The notes under the pieces: model-generated
The model's database searches: none
Seen by the model: only the letters and a program-made list of their open reading frames with translations
Told to the model about the DNA's origin: nothing
NCBI GenBank assembly: GCA_016208105.1
Contig: JACQYS010000019.1
Span: 76,494-140,493 of the forward strand
Reading direction: 5' to 3'
DNA: 64,000 bases
Origin: Desulfovibrio sp.
GTDB lineage: Bacteria; Desulfobacterota; Desulfovibrionia; Desulfovibrionales; Desulfovibrionaceae
Shown here: positions 28,633 to 37,509 of the stretch, one piece after another
Layout of the letters: every line of letters starts with the position of its first letter
Numbering within the stretch: the first letter of the stretch is position 1
Translations under genes and position numbers: made by a program

Positions 28633-29312
28633 CCCGCCAACTCTCCATCTTGATCGTCGACGACCACCCGCTCTTTCGGGATGGGGTCAAATCCCTGATC
28701 GACAGAGCGCCCGGCTTCATTGTGGCCGGCGAGGTCGGGACAGCCGGAGAGGCACTCCGTGTGGCTCTTGAGCTTCGCCCGGACCTCATCCTCCTGGACT
28801 TGAGTCTCCCGGATTCCAACGGGCTGAACCTCCTGGGGGAACTACGGTCGCAACTGCCTGATACGGCCGTCATCGTTCTCAGCATGCATTCCAGAATCGA
28901 GATGGTGGCAGAGAGCTTCCGCTGCGGAGCCAGGGGATACATCGTCAAGGAATCCGCCAGTGAGCGCCTGGTCCAAGCTTTGGACTGCGTGGCGCGGGGC
29001 GAACAGTACCTGGACAGCACCATTTCCCCGCAGGTCATCCGGCGGCTCACGGACTTCGCGGTCAAGAAGGCCAAGAGAACCGAGTCTTCCTACGATGCGC
29101 TGACGCGTCGCGAGCAGCAAATACTGCGGCTTTTAGCCGAGGGGCAGTATCCCAAAACCATTGCCCAGTCGCTTTTCATCACCAGAAAGACGGTGGAAAA
29201 CCACCGGGCGAATATCATGACAAAGCTCGGTTTGAAAACACCTCTCGAACTGATGCGCTACGCCATGCGCAAAGGGCTTGTCGAGGTTGATGATCCCTTC
29301 AGGGATTCTTGA
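28629..29312 (+). CDS. NarL/LuxR family response regulator (REC plus HTH_LuxR)
   Basis: ILIVDDHPLFRDG...DLILLDLSLPD receiver and C-terminal LTRREQQILRLLAEGQYPKTIAQSLFITRKTVENHRANIMTKLG. There is a 4-nt overlap with the kinase gene. Confidence 0.93.
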   Translation: MTRQLSILIVDDHPLFRDGVKSLIDRAPGFIVAGEVGTAGEALRVALELRPDLILLDLSLPDSNGLNLLGELRSQLPDTAVIVLSMHSRIEMVAESFRCGARGYIVKESASERLVQALDCVARGEQYLDSTISPQVIRRLTDFAVKKAKRTESSYDALTRREQQILRLLAEGQYPKTIAQSLFITRKTVENHRANIMTKLGLKTPLELMRYAMRKGLVEVDDPFRDS

Positions 29313-29526
29313 GCTTCTCTGCGCGGGTTCCGCCTCGCGCAAGCCTTCCGGAAATCGTATTCCCATTTCTCAAGGGGCTTGACAGGACCCCGTTTTTTCA
29401 TGGATTTTTCCCAGTGAATTTGCCGTCATTCCATTGTAATTTGAGGAAATACGGTACCACACGGTTTTCCCCGAGGCCGGACTACGCTGAATTATGCCGC
29501 TTAAGCGGTGAGCAACAGGAGGTTCC

Positions 29527-29709
29527 ATGTCCCACGATGCAGACATAGCCCAGAAGAACCTGATCAAGGAAACTCGCGGAAGCTACGAAGCGGATAAAAT
29601 CTTCAGACAACTGGAAAAGCTGGTAAGCCGGATGGAATCCATGCAGCAGGCCACGGCCGAGATGCAGAAGGACATCCAGGCCATCAAGGGGCATCTCGGC
29701 ATCGGCTAA
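29527..29709 (+). CDS. small coiled-coil protein, paralog B (60 aa)
   Basis: ATG 29527 is preceded by aggagg. MSHDADIAQKNLIKETRGSYEADKIFRQLEKLVSRMESMQQATAEMQKDIQAIKGHLGIG is a paralog of 25364-25543. Confidence 0.65.
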   Translation: MSHDADIAQKNLIKETRGSYEADKIFRQLEKLVSRMESMQQATAEMQKDIQAIKGHLGIG

Positions 29710-30035
29710 CCCGCCCACTTATCCGCCTTCCGAGAACAAGCGCCCTGAGGCCGCACTGATTCCGATGCGGCTACCGCTGGCGTAACGCTCCTGTGCATTA
29801 TTCCTCTCCTTCATCCCCCCGGAGAGAACCATTCAACCTTGCAGGCCGGGCCGGCGTGACATTTTGCGCCCCCAATTCCAGCAAACGCATCGCCCCCAAA
29901 ACAACAAAACGGACCAGCCCGACTCATCGGACTGGCCCGCGAAACGATATGCGCTGAGGCGGGTGACCATCTTGCCCGCACAAGAGCGTGCCTATGGGCA
30001 AGGCATGTGCAATTGCAAAGGTTTACACCCGCAGG

Positions 30036-30665
30036 TTATCCTTTCAGCTTGGCCTCGATCTCCGAGATAAGGCCGGGATGCACCTCGTAGTTGCATTCCT
30101 TGGCCTGTTTCACGCAGCTCATGGCCTGGGCGGCGTCGCCCTTCTCAAGATAGGCCAGGGCCAGATTGTTCCAGGCCGGACCGAACTTGGGGTGCAACTC
30201 GATGGCGCGCTTGCTCATCTCGATGGACTCGTCCGTTTCGCCCGCCATGTACAGGGCGCTGCCCAAGGTTCCGTAAGCCTGGACGAACTGGGAATCGAGC
30301 TTGATGGCCTTGCGCAAAGCCTTTAACGCCTCGTCCACCTGCCCCATCTGCAGCAGGCAGAAGCCGATGTTGGAATGAGGAACCGCAAACCGGGCCCTGG
30401 CCTTCAAGGCAGCCTGGTTCATGCTCAGGCAGCCCTCGATGTCCCCCTCGTTCATGGCTAGGCCGCCCAACTGCACGTAGGCTTCGGCCATTGTCGGGGA
30501 GCGCTCGGCCGCCCTCAAAAAGCAGGTCTTGGCCGCGTCATAGCGGCGCTTGGAGAGATAGGCTATTCCCAGGTTGTAATGGGAGGAAGCGCACTGGTCG
30601 TTCTTCTGTAGCCTGGACTCAAGTTCGGCAATATAATCGTCGATACTTTCAAAATCCTTGGTCAT
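30036..30665 (-). CDS. tetratricopeptide (TPR) repeat protein
   Basis: 209 aa with about 5 TPR units (AHYNLGIAYL..., AEAYVQLGGLAM..., PHSNIGFCLLQMG..., AYGTLGSALY..., AWNNLALAYLEKGD). Confidence 0.85.
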   Translation of the reverse strand: MTKDFESIDDYIAELESRLQKNDQCASSHYNLGIAYLSKRRYDAAKTCFLRAAERSPTMAEAYVQLGGLAMNEGDIEGCLSMNQAALKARARFAVPHSNIGFCLLQMGQVDEALKALRKAIKLDSQFVQAYGTLGSALYMAGETDESIEMSKRAIELHPKFGPAWNNLALAYLEKGDAAQAMSCVKQAKECNYEVHPGLISEIEAKLKG

Positions 30666-30671
30666 TATTTC

Positions 30672-31055
30672 CTACCCCGCTCGTTTATTCTGCTTGTATT
30701 CTTCCAGCCGCCCCTCGGATTCGAGAAGGTTCGCGTACCACAAGACAAAGTCGAACATGCCTCTGAATCGCTCCGATCCATTCACCACATCGACGCACAA
30801 GGTCCATACACCCTGGGCATAGTCCGTCCCGACAGGCTCACCCTCCGGCAAGGATTTCATGAACTCCCTCATGAGATCTTGCGACGTCCTTTTGGACGTG
30901 TCGATGCGGATGTCGATGGGATCGAAAGGTTTCTGGAAAGGATCCCAGTTGTCGTATCCCAGCTTGTCGATGAACTTGCGCCTGCGCGGCGCGATCTTCT
31001 CGTAAATGGCGCGCTTATGGGCCTCTTCTTCGGGAGTGAGCTGTTTGGGAAGCAC
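30672..31055 (-). CDS. hypothetical protein (127 aa)
   Basis: ORF packed between the YkgJ-like gene (2-nt gap) and the TPR gene (6-nt gap). The composition looks coding. I recognise no domain. Confidence 0.6.
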   Translation of the reverse strand: MLPKQLTPEEEAHKRAIYEKIAPRRRKFIDKLGYDNWDPFQKPFDPIDIRIDTSKRTSQDLMREFMKSLPEGEPVGTDYAQGVWTLCVDVVNGSERFRGMFDFVLWYANLLESEGRLEEYKQNKRAG

Positions 31056-31057
31056 GC

Positions 31058-31726
31058 CTAGTCCTCCTTGGACTCCTTGAGACCGAAAAACTCTTCGTCG
31101 TAGTTGGTGAGCATGGCCATGGACACCGGCACGAGCATCTCGGCCAAATAGTCGTACTTGGCCCCCACCCGCTCAACGATCTGTTGCGAAAGCGCGAAAA
31201 GGCGCTCTTGAAGTTTGGCGACGTTGACCGCAGGGTATTTTCCCCCGGCCTCGAACCCGGACTTGCCGCAGACGCGCATCTGTCCGCCGATATTGAGCGG
31301 GGCGCCGTAAAGCCGACAGGTGATGGGACGATAGTCGTACATTTCGCAGCGATTCTCGTCGGAAAGAAGGGCACAGCGGATTCGCTCCCGGGCAAAGTCC
31401 TCGACGATGGTTTCGTCGGGCACGCCAGCCTTGTGTGCCTTCCAGGCCTTGTGTTTGAGGCGATAGTGTTCGCGGTCGGAGCGGTTGGCGGCCTCCGTAA
31501 GGCGGTAGCGCTCGTCGCCCTTGGGGTGGAGTTCGTTGAAGCGTTTGTTGATGTAAAGCGCCTCCACCAGGGTGACATCGAACGGCGCATGGCAACAGTC
31601 CGCGCAGGCCACTTCACAGCGGACCTCAACAGGGCAGACGTCCTTGACCTTTTCAAAGACAGCGTCCACCTCGGCGGAAAGAGCCTCGTACTGGGAAAAA
31701 ATATCGGAAAAATCGGCGTCGATCAC
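31058..31726 (-). CDS. YkgJ family (UPF0153) cysteine-cluster protein
   Basis: CEVACADCCHAPF plus a later C...C motif are typical of the YkgJ Zn/Fe-chelating domain. The start is moved to GTG 31726 (RBS gggag 6 nt upstream) because the track start at 31798 would overlap the ferredoxin terminator hairpin. Confidence 0.72.
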   Translation of the reverse strand: MIDADFSDIFSQYEALSAEVDAVFEKVKDVCPVEVRCEVACADCCHAPFDVTLVEALYINKRFNELHPKGDERYRLTEAANRSDREHYRLKHKAWKAHKAGVPDETIVEDFARERIRCALLSDENRCEMYDYRPITCRLYGAPLNIGGQMRVCGKSGFEAGGKYPAVNVAKLQERLFALSQQIVERVGAKYDYLAEMLVPVSMAMLTNYDEEFFGLKESKED

Positions 31727-31790
31727 GGTAGCTCCCGGCCGCGGGTTGCGGCAGCCAGCGATATAAGCACTCTTCGGCCCAGGGCAAGGG

Positions 31791-31831
31791 CAAAACACAG
31801 GCGGGAGCGGACCCGCTGGACCGCTCCCGCC
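31791..31831 (-). terminator. rho-independent terminator after the ferredoxin gene
   Basis: 11-bp perfect stem ggcgggagcgg (31800-31810) / ccgctcccgcc (31821-31831). On the minus strand it is followed by tgtgttttg. Confidence 0.6.
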
Positions 31832-31856
31832 TATTTAATTCAATCGGGGAAGAGGA

Positions 31857-32045
31857 TTATTCTTCCTCGACGGTAATGGCGTCCTGATCGCAAACTTCGA
31901 CGCAGGACTCGCAGCCCAGGCATTCTTCTTCATTGATAACAACAGCCTTGCCGTCCTGCAGCTCGTAGACCTCAACAGGGCAGACGTCTACGCATTCGCC
32001 GTCGCCGACGCACTTTTCCTCATCAACGGTGACCTTGTAGCCCAT
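31857..32045 (-). CDS. ferredoxin (small, Desulfovibrio type)
   Basis: Start MGYKVTVDEEKCVGDGECVDVCPVEVY...CLGCESCVEVCDQDAI (62 aa) with an RBS ggagg upstream. It has one CxxxxCxxxCP and one CxxCxxCxxxC motif. Confidence 0.9.
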   Translation of the reverse strand: MGYKVTVDEEKCVGDGECVDVCPVEVYELQDGKAVVINEEECLGCESCVEVCDQDAITVEEE

Positions 32046-32360
32046 GGTCCTAACCTCCACTCTCACGTTTGGTTTGTTGCGTTCTATTGTCGAGGATGCG
32101 CCAGCCGAATGGTTTGACCCATCCTAAAAACCCAATTATTTTGATGGATTGGAAGGAGCCGCACTGCAACCCGGTCCAGATGAGCAAAGCCTTAGCCTCG
32201 GCAGCGTTGCCCTGTCAAGACGCGTGAGCTCGCTTCGCCCAAAGGTTTTCTTCTCGAGTGGAAAAATATTTCATGCCGCCCCTAAAGTCTCCCCCTGTTG
32301 ATCCGATAAGAACAGCGGAGTCAGCTGGATTGCAACTTACGGCCAAGGATAGGCTGAAAC

Positions 32361-33308
32361 ATGAACAAGATAATACCACTGCGGCCAAACCGCGACCATA
32401 TTCGCCCGGTCCTGTTGCTGCTTACCTCGCACCGGCTCGACTGCATCCTCCTCTGCCTGCGCAGTCTGGACCGCTTCACCACACTGGGACGATTCAAGAA
32501 AATCTACATCATAGCCAACGCCGTAAGCCCCGACCACGCCGCGATTTTACACCGGTTCATGCACACCCATGAAAACGTGGAGGTAATACATTGCTCCCCC
32601 AGGGGGCTCGTTCCCGCGGTAAACGCCGTTCAGAACGAGATTCTCATCCGCCATATGGACGACGTTATCATCAAGCTGGATGAAGATGTGTTCGTTACGC
32701 CACTGTGGCTGGAGCATCTGCTGGAGGCCTACAGGGTCCACCGGGTGCGCGAAGACATCCCCATCGTCAGCGCGCTTAGTCCGGTAAGTCCTCCGGGACG
32801 CTTTGCCCTGAACCGTTTCCTCAAGGCCAACCATGCCGCGGAAAGGGTTATGTTCGAGGGCGACGTGGTCGAGGAAAACTGGGTCTACCACCGCTGGATG
32901 TGGGAGAAGGTAGTGGGGGAAGGTTTCGTGGAGGCCTGGCTGCGCAGCGGTCCGGCTCCCTATTTCTATCCGGGCTTCTCCAGCACCAACTGTGTCGTCT
33001 ACGACCGTAGGCTCATGGAGTCCATGCTGCCCCTACCGACGGATAAAACGATCGCAGCGACCGGTTCGTACGAAGTGACCCTGAACTCGCTGATGAGCGC
33101 CAGAAACTGGAAGAACGCCGTGGTGAGCGGAGCGATCGCCCATCACTACAGCTTCTCCAAGTGCGAGGAATACCTTCGTTCGCACATGCCCCTGGACATG
33201 GTATGGAGCTACCTGCAGGAATTGTGGCGTCAGGAGCAGATCAGGATCAAGAGCACTGGTTTGCGCAGGGTGAAGCAGGTTGTCAGCATGGCTGGCGCAG
33301 GGGGATAA
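32361..33308 (+). CDS. glycosyltransferase-like protein (GT-A fold, DxD candidate)
   Basis: 315 aa. VLLLLTSHRLDCILLCLRSL...IIKLDEDVFV resembles the GT2 N-terminal Rossmann region plus a DxD motif. This is a weak family call. Confidence 0.55.
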   Translation: MNKIIPLRPNRDHIRPVLLLLTSHRLDCILLCLRSLDRFTTLGRFKKIYIIANAVSPDHAAILHRFMHTHENVEVIHCSPRGLVPAVNAVQNEILIRHMDDVIIKLDEDVFVTPLWLEHLLEAYRVHRVREDIPIVSALSPVSPPGRFALNRFLKANHAAERVMFEGDVVEENWVYHRWMWEKVVGEGFVEAWLRSGPAPYFYPGFSSTNCVVYDRRLMESMLPLPTDKTIAATGSYEVTLNSLMSARNWKNAVVSGAIAHHYSFSKCEEYLRSHMPLDMVWSYLQELWRQEQIRIKSTGLRRVKQVVSMAGAGG

Positions 33309-33331
33309 CCCTCACTCACCACACTCTCTCA

Positions 33332-33369
33332 ATGTCGGCAACTCCCAAGGGAGTTGCCGACATTTTTTT
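33332..33369 (+). terminator. rho-independent terminator
   Basis: 15-bp perfect stem atgtcggcaactccc / gggagttgccgacat with a 2-nt loop, followed by TTTTTTT. It lies 24 nt after the stop of the GT-like gene. Confidence 0.85.
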
Positions 33370-33444
33370 CCTCGCCCCTGGTTGTTGCCGGGCTGTTCCT
33401 GTCGTATAGTTCCCAAAACATTCGAGCCCAACCGGAGGTATGCG

Positions 33445-33642
33445 ATGTCGAGCGAGAGCAAGGAATGGACCTGCCCCAAGTGCAACGCTTCCAACGACCC
33501 GGACTTCACCCACTGCCGCATGTGCGGCGAGCATAATCCCGCGTTGCCGAAGCCTGAAAAGAAATGTTCCTCTTGCGGATTTCTGGCTAGCAAGGAGACA
33601 TGCTGCCCCGTCTGCGGCAGCGATTATTTCCTGAATCTCTGA
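33445..33642 (+). CDS. double zinc-ribbon small protein (65 aa)
   Basis: MSSESKEWTCPKCNASNDPDFTHCRMCGEHNP...KKCSSCGFLASKETCCPVCGSDYF has four CxxC pairs. An RBS ggagg lies 6-7 nt upstream of ATG 33445. Confidence 0.65.
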   Translation: MSSESKEWTCPKCNASNDPDFTHCRMCGEHNPALPKPEKKCSSCGFLASKETCCPVCGSDYFLNL

Positions 33643-33662
33643 TCCCCGCCGGCCATTCCAAC

Positions 33663-33693
33663 AAAAAGGCGGCCCAAATGGGCCGCCTTTTTT
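33663..33693. terminator. bidirectional rho-independent terminator between convergent genes
   Basis: aaaaaggcggccc-aaat-gggccgccttttt forms a stem flanked by an A-run and a T-run, so it can function on both strands (zinc-ribbon gene on plus, htpX on minus). A second hairpin ccaggggcg-atcat-cgcccctgg lies at about 33703-33727. Confidence 0.75.
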
Positions 33694-33771
33694 ATCGCGG
33701 GGTCCAGGGGCGATCATCGCCCCTGGCGGGTGCAGGGCGGAGCCCTGTCTGGTTCTTCATTCTTGCTGAAA

Positions 33772-34629
33772 CTATCTCCCAGCCATGGCCCTCAGTCTGC
33801 GTATCCTCTCCTCAGTAGGGGGATGGGTGGAGAACAGGCTGGTCACGCCACCGCCGCTCAAGGGGCTAATGATGAACATGTTTTCCGTGGCCGGATTCGC
33901 ACCCTGCATGGGCACGTTGTGGGCGTAGTCGTCGAGCTTTTTCAGCGCCCCGGCCAGAGGAAGCGGGTTACCCGCCAGCCTGGCTCCGGTTTCGTCGGCC
34001 AGGTACTCGCGTGAGCGCGAAATGGCCATCTGGATGAGCATGGCCGCGATGGGGGCCACAATGGCCATGAGGATGGCTCCAAAGGCGCCACCCCCGCCGC
34101 CTTCCTCACTGTCGCCGCGGCCCATGCCGAAGATGGCGCCCCACTGGAGCATATTGGCGATACCGGTGATGGCCCCGCCCACCACTGCGGCGATGGTCTG
34201 CACCAGAATGTCCCGGTTTTTTATATGGGCCATCTCATGGGCCAGCACTCCGGCCAATTCGTCGGGCGAGACCAAGCGCAAGAGCCCTTCGGTCACCGCC
34301 ACGGCCGCATTGGCCGGGTTGCGCCCCGTAGCGAAGGCGTTGGGCTGCTCCTGGGGAATCAGGTAAATCTTGGGCATGGGCAGTCCGGCATTGCGGGACA
34401 GCTGCCCCACCAGGTCGAACAGGCCCGGAGCGTCCTCTTCGGAGAGCTGTTGAGCCCGGTACATGGAGAGCACGATTCTGTCGGAAAACCAGTAGCTGCC
34501 GACATTCATGACCACGGCGAACACCAGGGCGATCACCAGGCCGGACTTGCCGCCCATGGCCTGGCCTAAAAGTATGAGCAAAGCGGTTAGAAGGCCAAGT
34601 AGAAGGCCTGTCTTGATCTGACTGGTCAT
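33772..34629 (-). CDS. htpX: zinc metalloprotease HtpX (peptidase M48)
   Basis: [10 protein letters not shown] (HExxH), four TM segments and a C-terminal [11 protein letters not shown] motif. Confidence 0.93.
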   Translation of the reverse strand: MTSQIKTGLLLGLLTALLILLGQAMGGKSGLVIALVFAVVMNVGSYWFSDRIVLSMYRAQQLSEEDAPGLFDLVGQLSRNAGLPMPKIYLIPQEQPNAFATGRNPANAAVAVTEGLLRLVSPDELAGVLAHEMAHIKNRDILVQTIAAVVGGAITGIANMLQWGAIFGMGRGDSEEGGGGGAFGAILMAIVAPIAAMLIQMAISRSREYLADETGARLAGNPLPLAGALKKLDDYAHNVPMQGANPATENMFIISPLSGGGVTSLFSTHPPTEERIRRLRAMAGR

Positions 34630-34668
34630 CAGAATACCTCCGTAGGGAAGTGTGAATTCAATGGGGTG

Positions 34669-35121
34669 TTAGAGAATCTGGATGCGCCGGCAGCGCGTTT
34701 CGTGGTGTTCCTTGGGCATGGTGATCTCCAGCAGGCCGTTCTTGAACACAGCGCTCACACCTGACCTGTCCACGCCCTTGGGCAAGGTGAAGCGACGGGC
34801 AAATGGACCGTAGGAGCGCTCCAGGGAGTGGTACACGCCCTCTCCGTCGCAAACCTTCACGAAGCGCCTTTCGCCGTAGACCCACAGGGCCCTGGCCTTC
34901 ACCTCGACAGCGACCTCGTCGCGTTCGACGCCCGGAAGTTCCACGGTGATAACGAACGCATCAGAGGTTTCCAGCACATCCGCCGAAGGAGCCCAGAAAT
35001 ATGCCTTCTCGGACACGGCGCTCGGAGCGCGGCCACGCCGGGCCGCCTGCGACATGACCCGTTCCAACTCGGCCTTCATGTCAGCCAGCCCCATCCACGG
35101 GTTCCAATTGAGTTTGGCCAT
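34669..35121 (-). CDS. Hsp20/alpha-crystallin family small heat-shock protein
   Basis: Start MAKLNWNPWMGL (cat 35119-35121). The alpha-crystallin domain reads PSADVLETSDAFVITVELPGVERDEVAVEV...FTLPKGVDRSGVSAVFKNGLLEITMPK. The 523-aa track ORF is an artefactual upstream extension. Confidence 0.9.
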   Translation of the reverse strand: MAKLNWNPWMGLADMKAELERVMSQAARRGRAPSAVSEKAYFWAPSADVLETSDAFVITVELPGVERDEVAVEVKARALWVYGERRFVKVCDGEGVYHSLERSYGPFARRFTLPKGVDRSGVSAVFKNGLLEITMPKEHHETRCRRIQIL

Positions 35122-35195
35122 CCGGTAACACCTCTTCGCACGCCTTATCACACGGCGTTCAGGGTACGTAACCATTGAGAGGCCCGTGTCAAGGC

Positions 35196-35399
35196 TTACG
35201 GCTTGGCCTGGCGTTCCCCTTTTTCCCAGCGGGCGAGTTCCACCGCTTCCTCGATGAGCATTATGGGTATATCCTCCCGGATAGGATAGACCACCGCGCA
35301 TTTGGCGCAGGTGAGACCGTCTGCCTGGGGGGTTAAGGATATGTCGCCCTTGCACTTGGGGCAGGCTAGAATTTCCAGAAGTTCCGAAGCAATGGGCAT
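35196..35399 (-). CDS. Trm112/YcaR (UPF0434) family small zinc-ribbon protein
   Basis: LLEILACPKCKGDISL...LTCAKCAVVYPIREDIPIML is the canonical Trm112p-like pattern. Confidence 0.85.
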   Translation of the reverse strand: MPIASELLEILACPKCKGDISLTPQADGLTCAKCAVVYPIREDIPIMLIEEAVELARWEKGERQAKP

Positions 35400-35496
35400 A
35401 TGGCCTCCGATTTGTTCGCCCGTCTATACTCGAGCTTTCCCCCACTCTCAAGGCTTGCGTTGACGCTTGGGCCAATAGCCCATACCGTGTAAGAAC

Positions 35497-36354
35497 ATGC
35501 CCAGCGTGGACCTCCATACCCATTCCAACGCCTCGGACGGACAGCTCTCTCCGGCCGAGGTGGTTCGCCTGGCCGCCCAGGCCGGACTCGCCGCCGTGGC
35601 CCTTACCGACCATGACACGCTGGACGGACTGGAGGAGGCCACACAGACCGGGCTGGAACTCGGCATAGAGGTGATCCCCGGATGCGAGTTGTCCGTGGTG
35701 GACAGCGGCCGGGAGCTGCACATCCTGGGGCTGTGGGTCCGCCCGGGCGCAAAGGAACTTGAGACTGCTCTGGCCTCGCTTCGGGAGAGCCGCGACGACC
35801 GCAACAAGCTCATCGTGGAAAAGCTCACCCATCTGGGCATTCCCATCGAATACGATGAGGTGCTGGAGCTGGCCCAAGGGACCGTGGGCAGGCCCCATAT
35901 CGCGCAGATACTTGTGGAGCGCGGCATCGTGCGCGATTTCGACGCGGCCTTCAAACAATACCTGGGGCGCCACGGCCGGGCCTTCGCTCCCAAACGCGAG
36001 CTGTCTCTGGCCACGGCGGTGGACGTGCTCAAGGCCGAAGGAGCAACGGTGGCTCTGGCCCACCCCTATCTGCTTGGAGAAAACGGCCGGTCCATGGAGA
36101 ACCTGTTGCAGCGTTACGCCGGGCTCGGAGTGAACGCCATCGAGGCCTACTACACCGACCACTCCCAGATAAAAACCCGTGAGTACCTTGAATTGGCCCG
36201 GCGACTTGATCTCGGAGTGTGCGGCGGGTCGGATTTCCACGGGGCCATCAAGCCGGGAATCCGGATTGGCGTGGGCAAGGGCAAGCTGGCCGTGCCCGAG
36301 GCGGTTTTAGACGACCTGAAGGAGCGCCGTCGCAATCGTGGACTCTGGGTCTAG
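35497..36354 (+). CDS. PHP-domain phosphoesterase (TrpH/YciV family)
   Basis: VDLHTHSNASDG...ALTDHDT...CGGSDFHG are PHP metal-binding motifs. 285 aa. Confidence 0.88.
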   Translation: MPSVDLHTHSNASDGQLSPAEVVRLAAQAGLAAVALTDHDTLDGLEEATQTGLELGIEVIPGCELSVVDSGRELHILGLWVRPGAKELETALASLRESRDDRNKLIVEKLTHLGIPIEYDEVLELAQGTVGRPHIAQILVERGIVRDFDAAFKQYLGRHGRAFAPKRELSLATAVDVLKAEGATVALAHPYLLGENGRSMENLLQRYAGLGVNAIEAYYTDHSQIKTREYLELARRLDLGVCGGSDFHGAIKPGIRIGVGKGKLAVPEAVLDDLKERRRNRGLWV

Positions 36355-37097
36355 CTTTCCTCGGCCGGATCATCAGGGCTCGGTTCTCCCGCAGCCTGGG
36401 GTCTGAAATCTTCCCTGGCGCTCAGCACCGACACCTTCACCCCGCTCTCCCGGCTCGCAGCGAGCTGGAACACCCTGCCCGCGTGGCCGTAGAAGGCGTC
36501 CACGGGATGGTGGCTTATGTAGAGCACCTGAAGGCCAAGCTTGTCCCCTATGCTGGCGATGAGCCTAGCGAATGTGGGAACCAGTTCAGGGCGGAGCCAG
36601 CAGTCCTGCTCGTCGAGCACCAAAAAACGCCGGTGCTCGTTCGGGTCCAACTGGGCAAGGCCAATGAGCCGAAGTCCCACCGAGAGGATGTTGCACACGG
36701 AGCCCCCCTGCCCATGCAGGATGTCCTCGGTCTGACCCTGATGCTCTATCTCCAGGGTGATATGGAACTTGCCCTGTTTTATTTCCCTGCGGCTGACCAC
36801 CGTGCGGTCCTGCCCCAGGATTTCTCGCACGGCATGGGTGAGATTCGACTCCACTTCTTCCATCAGTTCGCCGAACAACTCCCTGGAGAGCTCTTCCAGC
36901 CGGGCCTGGGCCCTAGGCGCCATGTCCAGAAAATCCTTGACCGACAACAGCTCCTGCCGGACCCGCTGATGCTCCTTGACCAGCGCTTCGGCCAGTCCTT
37001 CCAGGCGGCCGGCCCGTCGCTCCAGGCCGTCGACCTCGGCCAGTAGTTCATCAAGGGTGGCCGAGAGAGGGGAATCGTCTGGTTCAAGAACGTTCAT
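36351..37097 (-). CDS. C-terminal ABC-ATPase lobe of a split Rad50/SbcC-like protein (coiled-coil segment, signature-like motif, Walker B, H-loop)
   Basis: The N-terminal ~90 aa are heptad-rich (LDELLAEVDGLERRAGRLEGLAEALVKEHQRVRQELL...). This is followed by HGQGGSVCNILSVGLRL (degenerate signature), RRFLVLDEQD (Walker B/D-loop) and VLYISHHP (H-loop). There is no Walker A. Confidence 0.7.
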   Translation of the reverse strand: MNVLEPDDSPLSATLDELLAEVDGLERRAGRLEGLAEALVKEHQRVRQELLSVKDFLDMAPRAQARLEELSRELFGELMEEVESNLTHAVREILGQDRTVVSRREIKQGKFHITLEIEHQGQTEDILHGQGGSVCNILSVGLRLIGLAQLDPNEHRRFLVLDEQDCWLRPELVPTFARLIASIGDKLGLQVLYISHHPVDAFYGHAGRVFQLAASRESGVKVSVLSAREDFRPQAAGEPSPDDPAEES

Positions 37098-37191
37098 TTC
37101 GCCCCGGATGGCGCACAGGCCTGACAGCGTAGACGGGCGCAGGGCTTGTACCCAGCATGCGTCTTAATCGGCTAAAGCAGAGGCACATGGG

Positions 37192-37509
37192 CTACCCGGC
37201 GTCCTCAGCCGAATCCTGCTCAAGGGACTTAAGCCCCTGGCGGACAGAGGCTATGTGTTCACGGTATCCGCTCACAAGCCGCTCGTTCTCGGCGCGCATG
37301 GTCTGGAGCTTGGCGCGCAGTTCAGCCGGGTCGGACGTGCCATACTCGGCCAGCGCCTTTTCCTCCAGGGCCTTCATCTCCGCCTGCAGGTGGGCCAGGG
37401 TCTGTTCCGCGCGCACCTGCTCCTCGCGCAGTTTCTCGTATTCACCCTTGAGCTGGCCGAGTTCGCGCTCCAGAGCCCCGTCAGGGCCTTCAGATGTGGT
37501 TCTTGCCAC
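37192..37509 (-). CDS. coiled-coil protein (105 aa), candidate descending coiled-coil arm of the split Rad50-like ATPase
   Basis: ELGQLKGEYEKLREEQVRAEQTLAHLQAEMKALEEKALAEYG...LRAKLQTMRAENERLVSGY is heptad-rich with no other domain. Its start overlaps the nuclease gene end by 20 nt. Confidence 0.55.
   Translation of the reverse strand: MARTTSEGPDGALERELGQLKGEYEKLREEQVRAEQTLAHLQAEMKALEEKALAEYGTSDPAELRAKLQTMRAENERLVSGYREHIASVRQGLKSLEQDSAEDAG

Noticed and set aside
25190-29526. Search for sigma-54 (TGGCAC-N5-TTGC) promoters and shared motifs upstream of the two small-protein paralogs
   Set aside because: I found no GG-N10-GC element with the correct spacing. No convincing common motif links the two upstream regions by eye. 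A TTGACA hexamer at about 29377 lacks a credible -10 element.
29710-30035. 326-nt gap after small-protein paralog B, including the 68-aa track ORF 29864-30070 and a short hairpin gccgca...tgcggc at about 29741-29762
   Set aside because: The ORF has no RBS, an implausible composition (Q/P/R-rich) and overlaps the TPR gene's end. The hairpin is short (6 bp) with no U-tract. An sRNA cannot be excluded, but nothing in the sequence supports one.
35122-36240. Upstream extension of the Hsp20 ORF to 523 aa (track ORF 34669-36240)
   Set aside because: The extension overlaps the Trm112-like gene and runs antisense to the PHP gene. The alpha-crystallin protein is complete from MAKLNWNPW at 35121.
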